DNA of 64,000 nucleotides. Origin: Podospora anserina. Lineage: Eukaryota. The DNA lies in contig CM030332.1 in the NCBI GenBank assembly GCA_017654855.1, positions 2,542,001 through 2,606,000 on the forward strand. The letters are read 5' to 3'. The notes beneath the pieces were generated by a model that saw nothing but the letters and a program-made list of their open reading frames with translations, was not told the DNA's origin and made no database searches. A program made the position numbers and the translations under genes. Below are positions 1 to 13,419 of the stretch, one piece after another. Position 1 is the first letter of the stretch; every line of letters begins with the position of its first letter.

Positions 1-3000
1 GGAGGGGCCGCATCTGATTGGGTAGGTCTCGAATCCTCACTGATCGGCTTTCTTCCAACCTTGGCGGGCAGAGTGGATGGATCGAAAGGAGGGGGCAGCT
101 TTCTTGGTGTCGTACTTGATGCCGAAGACGAGAGAAGAGCAGAGACATTAACATGCTCAAATGGGGAAGTTGACATGCTTGAGAAGGATGATAAACGAGA
201 TTCAGATCTTGGGACATTAACCCAATCCGGCTCATCCGTTGGCGCATACGGGTTAGTAGGACGCTTCGGGTTAAGAATCGTGATATATGCTGGGCTTTCG
301 GGTTTGGGTGGGCTGATGTGTGAGCGTGCCATCTTTCCATTTTCAAGCCACCATCTCTGGCGGTCTGAACTTGATGGCGGAAGCCCGGGTTCGATAGCCT
401 CATACCCGATCAAGTCTTCTTCATCCGACTCCTCTGTGGCAAGGTTTGCTGTTTCTCCGCCTACTTCGGCTCTCCGTCGCTCGTAGATCTGGCGACTGAT
501 CCTTTCTCGCAACCTTTCATTGACGATATCGACCTTGCATTCGAAGATGGCATACACGGGCCGGTGATCAGAGAAGCGCAGGGGAGCCGAGTTGTAGGCC
601 AGCTGCCTGAGATTTGTCCCCTTGCGCAAAATGCGGTCTGTCCATGCTGGTATGCGTGCTTTCTCCCTATTCGAGTTATCAGTAACTGGCCTCACAACTA
701 TCGCTTGTGTCAGTCGGAACTTACGAGCTGTCAAAGTCATCAGTACCAACATCATACTTGTACGTTGGCATAAACATGATTCGTGCCTCGGAGTAGTACT
801 GGAAAGCGAGCCCGGCCACCATTTGCAGATTTAGCTGGTCGTTTTCGAACAACCTCTCTAAATCCCTTTGCCTGACCAACTCCTTTGCCGGTTCAAGGCC
901 TAGGCCAATACGGTAGTTGAAGTCACCAAACCATATGACAGATTCTACGTTTCATTGTTAGCAATGTTACCTTTTGAAGAGGTTGGGTCGCCAAACTGAC
1001 CGTGATCCGCAATCCCCCTGTTTCTCTGGAACCGGAGACCTTGGTCAATGGTAGCATAGTCTCTATTCCGCTCATCGTAGTTGGCAAATCCAGCTGCGAG
1101 GTGAGCCGTGACGAAGCAGATTGGAGTATTGGCGAAATCCAGCCGAATAGCAACAGCTCCCTTGTTGCCTGCCATGCCCGACATTCCTGTCTTCTTGACG
1201 CTTCCTTCAACGTTCTTGATGTAATGGAGCACGGAGGCTTTCACAAAGATGAACAGCGCAGCCCCCACAAGCTGTCCACTCCGCAGTAACACATACTTTT
1301 CGTCCTCTTCTCGGCTGTAGTTGTGGTCCAGGGTTCTCTTAATAGCCTGCTCCCACATTTGTTTTCTCGTTGGGTCGCTGTTCATGATCTGCTGCGGGTT
1401 GAGCTCAACAATCTCCTGGAAGCCAATGGCAATGATTTCTGGCTGTTTGGACCGAGCCTCAGGGGGACAAAGCCACACTGACAAGTCCTCATCGATACCG
1501 TCCGTGCGTCCGTTCAGGTTGAAGGTCCCAACCAAGATGTTTATCGTCTCGTTTGTAGAAAATTCGCCACTCCGGCGCTGCAGTTCGCTGGCCACGTAAT
1601 CACTAATGGGATCGTATAAAATAACTGGCGCCTGTCCGACAAGTCTACCAAGAAGTGTATCGATCGTGGTTTGCCGCGCCTTATCAGTGAAATTGTTGTG
1701 GTACAGTCTGGTTGCTGACTTCCGAACATCAGCGATGGCACCCGCAAGAGACATCTTGCCGTGACGAGTAAAAGACGACTTGAGGGCTCCGGTCCCCGCA
1801 TAGATTTTCGAAAGAGAATCGCCGTTGTCTGCCCAGAGATTAGAATGCCTAGACCAAAAGTCTGATGTTGCATATTCCCCTCTATGACCAAGGAAAGATT
1901 CAACCGCCATCTGGGAAACGATAGTTTGAATGAGGTTGGTCCTGTCCAGGCAATCTAGACAGTTCGTGCGGAAGACACCCTCTTGCTGCAGCACCACAAC
2001 ATAACGGCGTGACTTTTCGGCCTTTTTTGAGCCATTGTTGTCTCCGGATTCGTCTGATTCCTGGGCAAGGTAATAGGCAAACCCATCGGCTGAGCCTTCG
2101 ATGTACCGACGAATCTCGTTAGCCGCCATATAACCTTGGGGGCCCTTTGTCTCAGCATGGAAATCATACTCTGTGTCCCTCAGCAACGCATGATCCCTCG
2201 ACTGCACACCTTCAGGTCGGCTGAGAGGACAGTTATGAATGCCAACTCGATATAAGTTTGTGAGTTCGAATTCGCCCGGCTTGTTGGTTGCCAGAAGATT
2301 GATAACATGAACGGCCCCATACGCCTTCTCCAGATCAGCAAAATGCTTGTCAAAAGCGGGTTGAGTTCCATCTGCGGACCGAGTGATGGTGATCTTTTGT
2401 TGGTTTGGAAGGAGCACAGCAGCCTGTTCCCAAAACACGGGCACAGAACCGCGGACCTGAACGTATGAGAAAACAACACCTCGTGGGCTCCAGTATGTCG
2501 TCTCGGTCTCGACAAAATTGGCCACGTTGCCGTCGTCGTCGATACCACGCGCGTTGAAGCGTGTCCCGGCCCTCTTACAAGAAAGACGGGAGGTGACGGT
2601 CAAATACGAGGGTAACCCTGTCTTTCCGGCTCTCAGGGGGGCAGAGCTTTGTGGGATGGCCCAGCTTCTGCAGAAACCTCGAATAGCCGAAGTTAGGATC
2701 CTCGAGGCATCGAGGTCCTCTCTTGCCTGCTCTTGCAAACGGGAACGGAACTCGACAAGTGGGCGGATCATGAACGAATTCCACAAAAACGACTCGTCAA
2801 AATTGTCAATGTTGAATGCTTCAGCATCTGCCGGTCTGTGACACTGTTAGTATTGTCTTGGAGGTGCACACAACCAAACGTGAAACAAACCTGTCTTGCA
2901 TCCGATTTGTGACATCAAAATCGGTGCTGTAGTAGAATGTACCATTGCTGAGTAGCTTTTGCAACTCCTGGCAAGGGTGCTCCACGATTTGATTTCTTCC

Positions 3001-3519
3001 CAAGCCCTGACCATACACAGACGCTGCATCGGAATCAGCATCATTGTAGGGATCGAGAGCAACAATGTCGTCGTATTCAGCCGAGTTTAAGCAAAAGAAC
3101 TGAACCGCCTCTATCCTCTCCACAGTTTCCCCGGGCCGTATTGTCGCGACTCTCGATGCCTGTGTAATAACACACAGGAATACATCGCGCCCGATAGATA
3201 TCAACCCCAAAGTTCCGTATATTGGTCTCGGTGTGAGAGGTCGATAGTCGTCCAGCAAATTATGCGACTTTGGTGAGAATTCGACCATACATTTGGTCGA
3301 GAGGCTGTCGAAGGTGTTTGTGCGTGTGCGAGCAGAAATTAGACCGAACCCATCGGCACCGTCGTTTGCTGCTGTGCTATGTCGTAGGATGAGGGCGTGC
3401 GTATTGGAGGCTATCGCAATGGCTCGGTGGGGGTAATCGCGGATGAGGATTTGGCTCGACTTCTCAGGAGACGGAGGTTGGCCAGCCCACAGGGCCGATG
3501 ATGAAGTGCTGTAATCCAT
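1..3519 (-). CDS. syj1: Synaptojanin-like inositol polyphosphate 5-phosphatase (SAC1 domain + 5-phosphatase domain); 3' end runs off the window
   Basis: SAC motifs QVRGSVPVFWEQ and RTNCLDCLDRTN; 5-phosphatase motifs GNKGAV, FVTAHLAAG and, after splicing, VIWFGDFNYRI. Introns 2836-2890 (GTTTGT..CTAAC..CAG) and 945-1000 (GTCAGT..CTAAC..TAG) restore the frame. Confidence 0.95.
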
Positions 3520-4934
3520 CTCTCTTTCGGGTCGAATCTTTGGGACCGAGCCTTCGATTCGACGTGCGCAACCGGCTTAGGCCCGGGAAGGGACAGCGGG
3601 AAGATGATGGTAGATGGCAACTGGTGGGGAGCTCATGGCGTCCCCGCTCACCAAGTTACAGCAAATACCCTTACGTGGTTTGCAAGCTTGGGAGAGAGGC
3701 ACCTGAAGATGCTAGCAAAAAAATTCGAAAAGCAGTGAATAATCGAAGGTTGTCGAATGCTTCGACTTTCAGTCCGCTTGACAAGTTGCGGATGTGGTGT
3801 AGCGTAGTGTAAAGGTGGAACTTGACCCGACTCTGCTCTGCTACAGACCATGGTGTTGAACTGACGCCCAGTACCGGGCAGGTCTAAGCGCTATGGCCTA
3901 TGCGTTGCTGGGCATTTTCAGCTGGGACTTCTCAGCCCTGTGTTACAGAGCCGCACGGAAGAAGTGGGGCAACCAATGGGAATCAGCATGATTCGGAGTG
4001 AATCAAGAGCGCCGTGGTGGGTGGGAAGAGGCAGCTTTCTGCTTCGAGCATGTTGACTGACGACAGTCGTTCAGAGGACATGGGGATAATATCGGTTGTT
4101 AAGACGACCGACATAAGAGAGGCAGTGTTTCAGAAATACGGCTGGTCTTGAGCTTAGTCCTGGACCTCTCTCCAGCACATCCATACAACATGGACCGAAA
4201 CAAAATTCCACTATATCTAGCAGCGAAACTATCTACTTGAGGACGTCCCACGGTAAACCATAAAGTACTGAACGAGTCTCTTCAACTCCACGCCGTCTGT
4301 TTTTAGTGCCCGAGACATAGTGGTTGCTGGTACACCAGCAGCTCACTGGCCACAAGCATCTCGACGACAGCGAGAACTCGAAGGTGAAAGAGAAGAAGAA
4401 ATTATTGTCATGTAGACTGGTGGCTTCAGATTTCATCAATGGTGAGATCATACCCTCCTATTGGGGGGTCATCCTCTTCCTATCATATTTTGATTTTGTC
4501 ATCATCACTAGCCTGATGAAAAAAGAGAGAAGGAAAATTGAGACGGGCTCGAAAAAGTGTGTTATATGTGCACACTATGATTACCTAAGGAGGTCCATGC
4601 GCCCCCATTGAAGAGCGGCCCCACCTTCCAGCCGGAACGCGCCAAAAAAGTGGACCAATGCGTGCATCTGCCTCTGGGGTGCTGGCTGCTTTTTTGCGCC
4701 TGTGTTGTTGCTTCATCTTCCAGCCCCTTCATTCCAGCTGTCTCTTCCACTCACCCATCCGACGAAGCCTTTTATCATCGCGGTTCAAACGGTTCAGTAC
4801 CTTCGATCATTGCGGACGATTATTCTTTTTTCCAACAACCCGAGATTCAGCAAGTAGCTGTTTAAATACTTGCTACATTCACCAAGCCTCGCCAGCCCTA
4901 CTGCATCACCTCGCACATAGCAACATCCGCAGCG

Positions 4935-7222
4935 ATGGGCGACTTTAATAATTATGGCGGAACCGATGAGGAGAATTCGGAGATTGCCCGCCTCACTGCC
5001 GACGTCGTAAGTAATGAATAACCCGCCTACTTTTCAAGGCAATGCATCTAACTTCATTGCGCACGCAGGAAGCCGACACGGACAACTTTGAGAACTGGGA
5101 GAAGTTGATCCGCGCATGTGAGAGCCTTGACGGCGGTCTCAACCGGAATTCCAGTCCCCAAGCACTAGCTACACTTCGCAACTCTTACGACCGCTTCCTT
5201 CTCAAATTCCCCCTCCTGTTTGGCTACTGGAAGAAGTATGCCGACCTCGAGTTCAACATCGCTGGGCCCGAATCGGCCGAGATTGTCTACGAGAGAGGTT
5301 GCGCCAGCATCACCAACTCGGTTGACCTCTGGACCGAATATTGCTCTTTCAAGATGGAAACGACCCACATCCCCCACCTTGTAAGAGAGTAAGTATACTT
5401 GGACATTTCCTTCCCTATCCCAAGATCCCAAGACCTTCCTCACACGCAGCAATTCTGTCATGCGATGCCGCTCGCGGCCCGCCTGCCGAACCAAGCAAAA
5501 GATACTTCGAGCCCTCAACCCTCTCGACATGGTGAGAAACACCAAGGCAGCCTCCTCCCTGCTGAGATCGTTCTCTCACATTACTTGACCAGGATCTGCT
5601 GTGCTCAGCAGATGACTTTCCGTTCGCTGTGGCATTGTACCCGTTTTCTGTTGGCACATACCTCCGAGTTGCAGTTTGGTTGATTTGGATGGAAATGCGC
5701 CGCCTACACTTCAGATCCCCTCCTGTATTTGCCCATCCTTCCCAACCCGTCCATCCCTTCTCGATTCTGTTTACATTGTTCTAACTGATATGCTAGGCTT
5801 TTCGAGAGGGCGGCTACCCACATTGGTTTAGATTTTTTGTCGCACCCCTTTTGGGATAAGTATCTGGAGTATGAAACCAGACAAGAGGCGCACGACAAGA
5901 TCTTTGACATCCTCAAGCGTGTCATTCACATCCCGATGCACCAGTACGCCCGCTACTACGAGCGATTCCGCCAACTTGCTCATACCCGGCCTCTCGAGGA
6001 GCTAGTTTCAGCTGAGGAGCTGGCCCGCTATCGCGCAGAAGTTGAGGGCGAAGCCGTTCACCTCGGTTTGCAGAAGACTGAGCTGGAGGTCGAACGGGAT
6101 ATCAGGGGCAAGATCGACCAGTTCTTCTACTTGACTTTCCAGAACACTCAAACCGAGACAACAAAGCGGTGGACATACGAAGCCGAAATCAAGCGACCAT
6201 ACTTTCATGTCACAGAGCTCGACCACTCACAGCTGGCCAACTGGCGCAAGTATCTCGATTTTGAAGAGGCCGAGGGAGATTACAACAGAATCGTCGTGCT
6301 GTATGAGAGATGTATGGTTACCTGCGCTCTTTATGACGAGATGTGGTTCCGGTATGCGCGCTGGATGGCTGGGCAGGAGGGCAAGGGAGAAGAGGTTAGG
6401 AACATCTACCTTCGCGCCGCTACGCTCTTCGTACCTATCAGCCGACCTGGTATCCGACTGCAGTTTGCGTATTTCGAGGAAGTGAACGACAGAGTCGATA
6501 GAGCGCGGGCCATTCATGAAGCTGTGCTGGACATACTGCCAGACAGCGTCGAGACGATCGTTTCGTGGGCTAATCTGGAACGTCGCCAGGCTGGTTTGGA
6601 CGCCGCGATAGAGGTGTTGAGGGCTCAAATCGCCTCGCCTACCGTGAGCATCTACACCAAGGCGGCCTGTGTCACGGAGTGGGCTACTTTGCTTTGGAAG
6701 GTTAAAGGATCCGTTGACGAAGCTCGTGCTGCCTTCTCCAAGGACGCTGACGCCTATGCCGACAGTCGACATTTCTGGCAACAGTGGTTTGACTTTGAGC
6801 TCCAGCAGCCCACCAACAGCGAGATGGAGACCAAGCACTTGGAGCTTGTCAAGAGGGTGTTCACCCAGATGTGCACCAAGAGCCGTCTCTCCCTCGGTAT
6901 CAAACAGGAGCTTGGTCGTATTTACATGAACTACCTGCAAAATCGTGGAGGCAAGGAAGCCATGAAGGATTTCCTTGATGTCGATCGACAGATGTTTGGG
7001 TATGTTAATGCGGCACTCATGGATGAAAGCAAGTTGCTAACAAAGTCCAACAGGCCTCGCTCAGTATCGTTGGCTGCCAAGGCAAAGGACGGCAAGGAGA
7101 ATGGCGTGGTCCCCGAGTTGGACCCTACAAGTCGTCTAAAGGCCGAGGGCCGCTTTTACAACTACTATGAACTACACGCGGATCCAGATGAGAATGCCCA
7201 AGGACTGGCGGATTTCAACTAA
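4935..7222 (+). CDS. PRP39: Pre-mRNA processing factor 39 (U1 snRNP HAT-repeat protein)
   Basis: YDRFLLKFPLLFGYWKKYADLE, GLDFLSHPFWDKYLEYE, YEAEIKRPYFHV. Exons 4935-5006, 5069-5388, 5797-6999, 7054-7222, all with GT-AG boundaries. Confidence 0.95.
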
Positions 7223-8416
7223 AGAAGGGCGTCGTGACAGCAAGAGTAATTTCAGATAATTCACATTATGCAGTTCTTGGGCGGCGGTTTTTTTGGATGA
7301 TCCAGGCGGCCGAAATGTGCCCTTGGTTGGCTTGCTCAGGTTGTCATTTCATGATTCATTGCGGTTATTTTGACGGATAGAGTCTGAAGGTCGGTTGTCT
7401 CTATGGAAAAGCAGGTATGGTAATTCGGGTCCTAGTTTCTCTCACAGTTGTCTCGCCCTTAGGTTGCCCTGACGGGGGGACTTGTATGTAGTTTATATAA
7501 ATAACAATATTTCAACCATGCCTTCATATGCCTGCCCTTGACTACCTGCGCCCCAACATCCCAGTGAACTCGTGAGCAAGTTCCACAGAGAGAAGAAATG
7601 GAAATTCTCTCAAGCTTGGCATCACGTACATATCCCGGTAGTTGGAAGGGTCGGTGTTGAGATTGCCGGAGCATCGCGAGATTTTCGTCGTTGAGGGCGC
7701 TTAGTAAGGCCTTCCAGTCCCAGGTTGCCACTTACACGGCTGCGAGGCTCAAACTTGGCCTGGTCGGAGATCCGAGGTGCTGACACATCATTTGCCTTCC
7801 ACGTTTTGAGCGTTTGATGGGATACCCACGCCTTTGCCTTGACACGTGCGTTCGCGTCTTGTACGCAGTCGGGCCAGCTCAGATGATGACACGTCTGGCC
7901 TCGACTCGTGACAGACACTGTGTAAGGCAGGCAAACATCAGATAATGCCCAGAGATGCGGAACCAAGACATGAAACTATGACAAACCATTACCTTCAGAT
8001 AACCCTGATGCGGTGGGAGAAGCGTGACTACTGCAGGCCCATCCCCATATATTTTTCCATCATGGACGGAGGGCGGCGGCATCGGGATCCCTTCCCTATC
8101 GGCGTCTAGATCGGAGTAAGCCGTTATCTCCTTGGACCCTGGCTTGTCTCACTGTTTTTTGATCGACCCACTGTGGGTTCCGGGGACCACTGGGGAACGG
8201 CTGTCAACCACTCACGGCTGGGCTATATAATTTTCGATGTGATTCTACTCTATCCATTGGTAAGAGCCGAGCCTGCGTCCCGGTTGTCCTCTCCTTTCTG
8301 GTTATTTACGCATATCTCTCTCCCATCACGCCTTCGTTTGTCAATTGCTTCCTTCCTTCTTTTCTTGTTCTCTCCTTTTGCCTATCCGTCAGCCAGCGTT
8401 GTTGGAATCACTCAAG

Positions 8417-8587
8417 GTATGCTCTTTCCCAATATTTTAGGCCAGCATGTCATCTCAGTTTGTTGCCCCGCGATATCCGGTCCATCGTCGACCCCCACAT
8501 CCAACGTTCTGGCTAGCAACCGTTATTTCAACACCGCTTGATAGCGATATTTGGTCCTGAACGGTGTACTAACTGAGACTTTCACAG
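8417..8587 (+). other. 5'-UTR intron of CCP1 whose acceptor AG abuts the start ATG
   Basis: AAG|GTATGC at 8417; TACTAAC branch then TTTCACAG|ATG at 8587/8588. Confidence 0.7.
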
Positions 8588-9712
8588 ATGGCCTCTGCTA
8601 CTCGCACCTTCGCCCGCGCTCTGCGCACCTCTGCTCGCCCGGCTATCAACGCCGCTCCCCGCGCCGCTTTCCGCCAGAGCGCCCGCTTCTACTCCGCCAA
8701 GCCCACCGGTGGCAGCTCCAGCAACGGCCTCCTCTACGGCCTTGCCGGTGCCGGTCTCCTCGGCGGTGGTGCTTTCTACCTCTACAGCAACGACAGCAAC
8801 GTCGCCCCCAAGCTGTTCGTCCCCAAGTTCGAGGACTACCAGAAGGTGTACAACGAGATTGCCAGCCGTCTCGAGGAGAAGGAGGACTACGATGATGGCA
8901 GCTACGGCCCCGTTCTCGTCCGTCTCGCTTGGCACGCCAGCGGTACCTACGACAAGGAGACCGGCACTGGTGGCAGCAACGGCGCCACTATGCGCTTCTC
9001 TCCCGAGAGTGACCACGGTGCAAACGCTGGTCTCAAGGCTGCCCGTGACTTCCTTGAGCCTGTGAAGGGTAAGTTGAGACAACAGAAGAGAGACTTGCAG
9101 AATAGCGAACTAACACTCTTGACAGCCAAGTTCCCCTGGATCACCTACTCCGATCTTTGGATTCTTGCCGGTGTTTGCGCCATCCAGGAGATGATGGGCC
9201 CCACCATCCCCTACCGTGCCGGCCGCCAGGACCGTGACGTCGCTGCCTGCACTCCTGATGGCCGTCTTCCCGATGCCGCTCAGGCCCAGGACCACCTCCG
9301 AAACATCTTCTACCGCATGGGCTTCAACGACCAGGAGATCGTCGCTCTCTGCGGTGCCCACGCTCTCGGCCGCTGCCACACCGACCGCTCCGGCTACTCG
9401 GGCCCCTGGACCTTCTCCCCTACCGTCCTGACCAACGACTACTACAAGCTTCTCCTTGAGGAGAAGTGGCAGTGGAAGAAGTGGAACGGCCCCAAGCAGT
9501 ATGAGGACAAGAAGACCCAGACCCTCATGATGCTTCCCGCCGACATGGCCATCATTCAGGACAAGAAGTTCAAGGAGTGGGTCAAGGTTTACGCCGCCGA
9601 CAACGACAAGTTCTTCGAGGACTTCTCCGCCGTCGTCAAGAAGCTCTTTGAGCTTGGTGTTCCCTTCAAGGAGGGCACTGAGACCTGGACCTTCAAGCCC
9701 GTCAACGCCTAA
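8588..9712 (+). CDS. CCP1: Mitochondrial cytochrome c peroxidase
   Basis: Arg/Ala-rich presequence; distal motif [10 protein letters not shown]; proximal [13 protein letters not shown]. Intron 9069-9125. Strong C-ending codon bias. Confidence 0.96.
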   Translation: MASATRTFARALRTSARPAINAAPRAAFRQSARFYSAKPTGGSSSNGLLYGLAGAGLLGGGAFYLYSNDSNVAPKLFVPKFEDYQKVYNEIASRLEEKEDYDDGSYGPVLVRLAWHASGTYDKETGTGGSNGATMRFSPESDHGANAGLKAARDFLEPVKGKLRQQKRDLQNSELTLLTAKFPWITYSDLWILAGVCAIQEMMGPTIPYRAGRQDRDVAACTPDGRLPDAAQAQDHLRNIFYRMGFNDQEIVALCGAHALGRCHTDRSGYSGPWTFSPTVLTNDYYKLLLEEKWQWKKWNGPKQYEDKKTQTLMMLPADMAIIQDKKFKEWVKVYAADNDKFFEDFSAVVKKLFELGVPFKEGTETWTFKPVNA

Positions 9713-10609
9713 ATTTCTTTATGATACCAAATCACGACGAGGGGAAAAGGGAGAGATGTATGATACCACATGCCCATGATGGGAGGTTTGATGAGAAGGA
9801 AAGAACAGGAGGCCAATAGAGAGATGATAGAGAGGGACCAAAACGGAACCGGTACTCACCTGTGATAGACACAGGCCAGCGCGGGAGGCAATTCCGCTGT
9901 ATTATGTCATTCTAGCGTTGTTTATGTTGTAGCATGTACAAGTAAAGAACTTGTTAACTGTGGTTCTTGATAGACTCGGGTGTCTCAGTGTGGTTGAGTT
10001 GAATTGAGTTTAGAAGAAAGGGGTTGCATACGTCACAGGGGTCCCGCGGCGCGGCTCACCATCAGATGGTCGACCACTCAGAAGCAGCCACTTACACGCC
10101 AACTTGACTTCGATGCAGTCCATCTCTAACCAGTTGGTTATTGTCTGCGACGGCCGGAATTCTACCCGACGCTACAGTTCTGGTTCACGAGAATGGTTCA
10201 CTTTGGATCGTACCCTGACCCATCTCTCCCCGCACTGCACCCCCGGCCCTTGCAGAAGCCGGGACGGACTGGTGCGCGAGGGGCCGATGCTAAACGACGT
10301 CTTTCTCCTCACGGAATGGTTGGGGTTGATCGGCAGACGTCAACCAGCCGCCCGGGCCCGGTGCGGAGAGCCGACGCCAGCCATGAGCTTAACCCGAGTT
10401 GGGCTTGGTTGGGGTGGCACTTACACGCTGGCGGTTTACACGATAATCTTCTGGAATGTAGTTCATCTGATTGCAATCTTTTGACTCTTTCGATACTCAC
10501 TCCTGTCTGAACTGATCTGGATGTTTATTTCGCTTGATCAACTCGTTTCATCTTATCTCATCGCATTTCTTTGTTGAGTTGTTAGTCCCGTCTGCTCTGA
10601 TATCCCACC

Positions 10610-12378
10610 ATGCCCTTCAAGTCAACCTACCCCTCTATCAATATCTCGGAGAATGTTGATCTGTGGGCCCTCCTTTTCAGCGATGATTCCCCTTACAAAC
10701 GAGAGTTTCCCCCTACGAAGGAGATATTGACGTGTCCTGTAACCGGGCAGTCATACACCTGGTCTGCTCTGCGGGATGCAGCACTGGCGTTTGGGAATGG
10801 ACTGGTTGAGAAGTGGCAGTGGAAGAAGGGGGATGTGTTGGCGTTCTATACCCCCAATTCTATCGACGTCTGCCCTTCCCATCCCATACCATGACCCCCT
10901 ATATACTAATAGGTATACAGACCCCCATAACAACCCTCGGCGCTCTCTACACCGGCGCCACCATCTCCCCCTCCAACCCCCTCTACACCCCATACGAGCT
11001 CGCCTTCCAGCTCACCGACTCCAACGCCAAAGCCCTCATCACCCACCCCTCCTGTCTATCGACTGCAATCGAAGCCGTCAACAAATCTAACCTCCCCCTT
11101 GATCGGATCTTGCTTTTAGGACCGGAGAGATCCCACCCCCAATTCCAACACTACACCTCCCTGTTTGTATCCCGTACCAATCCCCAACCCCCCGTCCCTA
11201 TCTCCCCAAAAACAGACCTCGCATTCCTGGTCTACTCCTCCGGCACGACTGGTCTGCCCAAAGGCGTCCCAATAACCCACTTTAACACCCTCTCCAATCT
11301 ATTACAAGCCTCCTCCACCGAGGGCAGGCAGTTCCACTGGGAGACGTCTGTTCAACTGGCTATCTTGCCATTCTTCCACATCTACGGCTTGACATGCTGC
11401 GTGCTGTTATCAATCCTCTCTGGTTGGCGGCTGGTGATCCTCCCCCGATTTGATATGCTCCAAGTGTTGAAGGCTATTGAGCGGTATAAAGTCAGCTTCA
11501 TGTACGTCCCCCCACCGGTGATCCTCGCCTTTTCGCAGCACCCCGACGTTGGGAAATATGATCTTTCCAGCTTGAGAGTCTTGCACTCGGGGGCTGCGCC
11601 GTTGGGGAGGGAGCTGATCAGAAAGGTTTGGGAGAGGGTGAAGGTGCCGGTGAAGCAGGGGTATGGGTTGAGTGAGACGAACGCGGTGGTTTGTTGCCAG
11701 GAGATTGGGGATTGGGAGAGGAGGATGGGGTCTGTGGGGAGGTTGATGCCGAATATGGAGGGGATGTTGGTTGGGGAGGATGGGAGGGAGGTGGCTGAGA
11801 CGGGGGGGGAAGGGGAGTTGTGGTTGAGGGGGCCGAATGTATTTGGGGGTTACTGGAAAAAGGAGGGACAGGAGGGGGTTTTTGGTGTGGATGATAGGGG
11901 TGGGAAGGGGTGGTTTAAGACAGGGGATGTGGTGAAGGTGGATGGGGAGGGGAATTTTTGGGTGGTGGAGAGGGTGAAGGAGTTGATCAAGTATAGTAAG
12001 TTGAGTATGCTGGTTTTGTATTGGTGACAAGGCTGACGATGAACAGATGGATATCCTGTCCCGCCGGCAGAATTGGAAGGGATACTACTCACTCATCCCG
12101 ATGTGTTGGATGCTTGCGTCATTGGTTTCGAAGACAAGAGCCTAGCTACAGAGGTACCGAGAGCATATGTTGTTGTCAGGAAAGGGGTTGGTCGCATTCC
12201 AACCAAGAGTCAGGAATTGGTCGACCATGTAACAAAACAGGTCGCTCCCCACAAGAAGCTCCGAGGAGGCGTCCATTTCGTCGACCAGATCCCCAAGTCA
12301 CCCAGCGGCAAGGTCCTCAGGCGGATCATGAGAGATCAGGCCAAAAAGGATGCCCGACGATCGGGTTCAAAGCTGTGA
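10610..12378 (+). CDS. 4-coumarate-CoA ligase-like / acyl-CoA synthetase (AMP-binding), peroxisomal
   Basis: YSSGTTGLPKGV, QGYGLSET, GELWLRGPNVF, WFKTGD, ERVKELIKY, IPKSPSGKVLRR; C-terminal PTS1 -SKL. Introns 10868-10920 and 11996-12046. Confidence 0.92.
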
Positions 12379-12456
12379 TCTCTTCACAGAATCTAATATA
12401 CACAAATATTTATACAAATCGTTCCCTCATATTTACATTCCTCGCATCAAGTCTCC

Positions 12457-13419
12457 CTAGCCCATCCTCTCCGCCTCCTCCAACAACTTCTCCACACTAA
12501 ACCTCTCATCCCCCCTCCCAAACCACTCCAGCAACCTCCTCCTCTCCTCCGCCCTCTCCATCCCCGCCTGGCCGCCCGCCCCATCCCAACCCCCATAAAA
12601 CCTCTGCAAGCACATCACCAAAAACTGCGCATCCTGCACTTTAACCCCCCTATCCTCCATGACTGTCCCCTGCATCAACACCACCCCCTTATCCTTTGCC
12701 AAATCCTTATAGTGCGTCACGGTGGTATGCGGCGAGGCAAACTCCCCCCTGGCTTTGTATTCAGCTAGTTGGGTGAACAACACAGTCGAAGAATTGGTCG
12801 CGGGATCCCAAGTCCATTGCACAAAGTGGATTTCTGCGCCTTGGTCAGGGTGCGGTACGGGGAGGACAAAGTGAGGGTTTTGGCGCGCGGTGGCTTCGAG
12901 CTGGGAGTAGGTCCCTGAAGGGATCACCGCGCAGAGGGAGTTTGGTTTGGAGGCGTGGTGAAAGCGCCAGATGGCGGTGAGTTCTTTTTCTGGGAGGGAG
13001 GAGACTTTGGGGAGGTCGAGGACGGAGGAGAGGGGTTTTATGCCGGAGGAGTCGATTTTTTTAGAGGGGGTTCGCGGTGGTGGGGGTGGTGGTGATTGTG
13101 CAGGTGAGTTTGGTTGTGATAATGGGGATTGTGGTGATGGTGGGGGCGTTGGGGGTACGACAACGTCGGCTTCTTTGCGGAGTTTTTGGATCTTCTCGGC
13201 GTAGGCGGCTTTGAGGGAATCGATTGTCTCGTAGCCTTCTTCTTGGGCCTTGCGAGCGAGCTTTTCGCGGTATTTTTCGAGGGTGTTGAGGGGTTGTTGG
13301 GTTGTGGCTAGGAGGCGGATGTCGTGGACTTGGGCCCAGCGGCGTTGGTGGGAGGCGCGGAGGGTTCGGGCCGCGCTGGAGAGGAGGTGACGGAGCATGG
13401 GGGGGCGGAGGGACGCCAT
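12457..13419 (-). CDS. ATP11: Mitochondrial F1-ATPase assembly chaperone Atp11
   Basis: Mitochondrial presequence; LEKYREKLARKA, PHFVLPVP, GAEIHFVQW, LFTQLAEYKARGEFASPHTT, AQFLVMCLQRFYG; single exon. Confidence 0.93.
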   Translation of the reverse strand: MASLRPPMLRHLLSSAARTLRASHQRRWAQVHDIRLLATTQQPLNTLEKYREKLARKAQEEGYETIDSLKAAYAEKIQKLRKEADVVVPPTPPPSPQSPLSQPNSPAQSPPPPPPRTPSKKIDSSGIKPLSSVLDLPKVSSLPEKELTAIWRFHHASKPNSLCAVIPSGTYSQLEATARQNPHFVLPVPHPDQGAEIHFVQWTWDPATNSSTVLFTQLAEYKARGEFASPHTTVTHYKDLAKDKGVVLMQGTVMEDRGVKVQDAQFLVMCLQRFYGGWDGAGGQAGMERAEERRRLLEWFGRGDERFSVEKLLEEAERMG

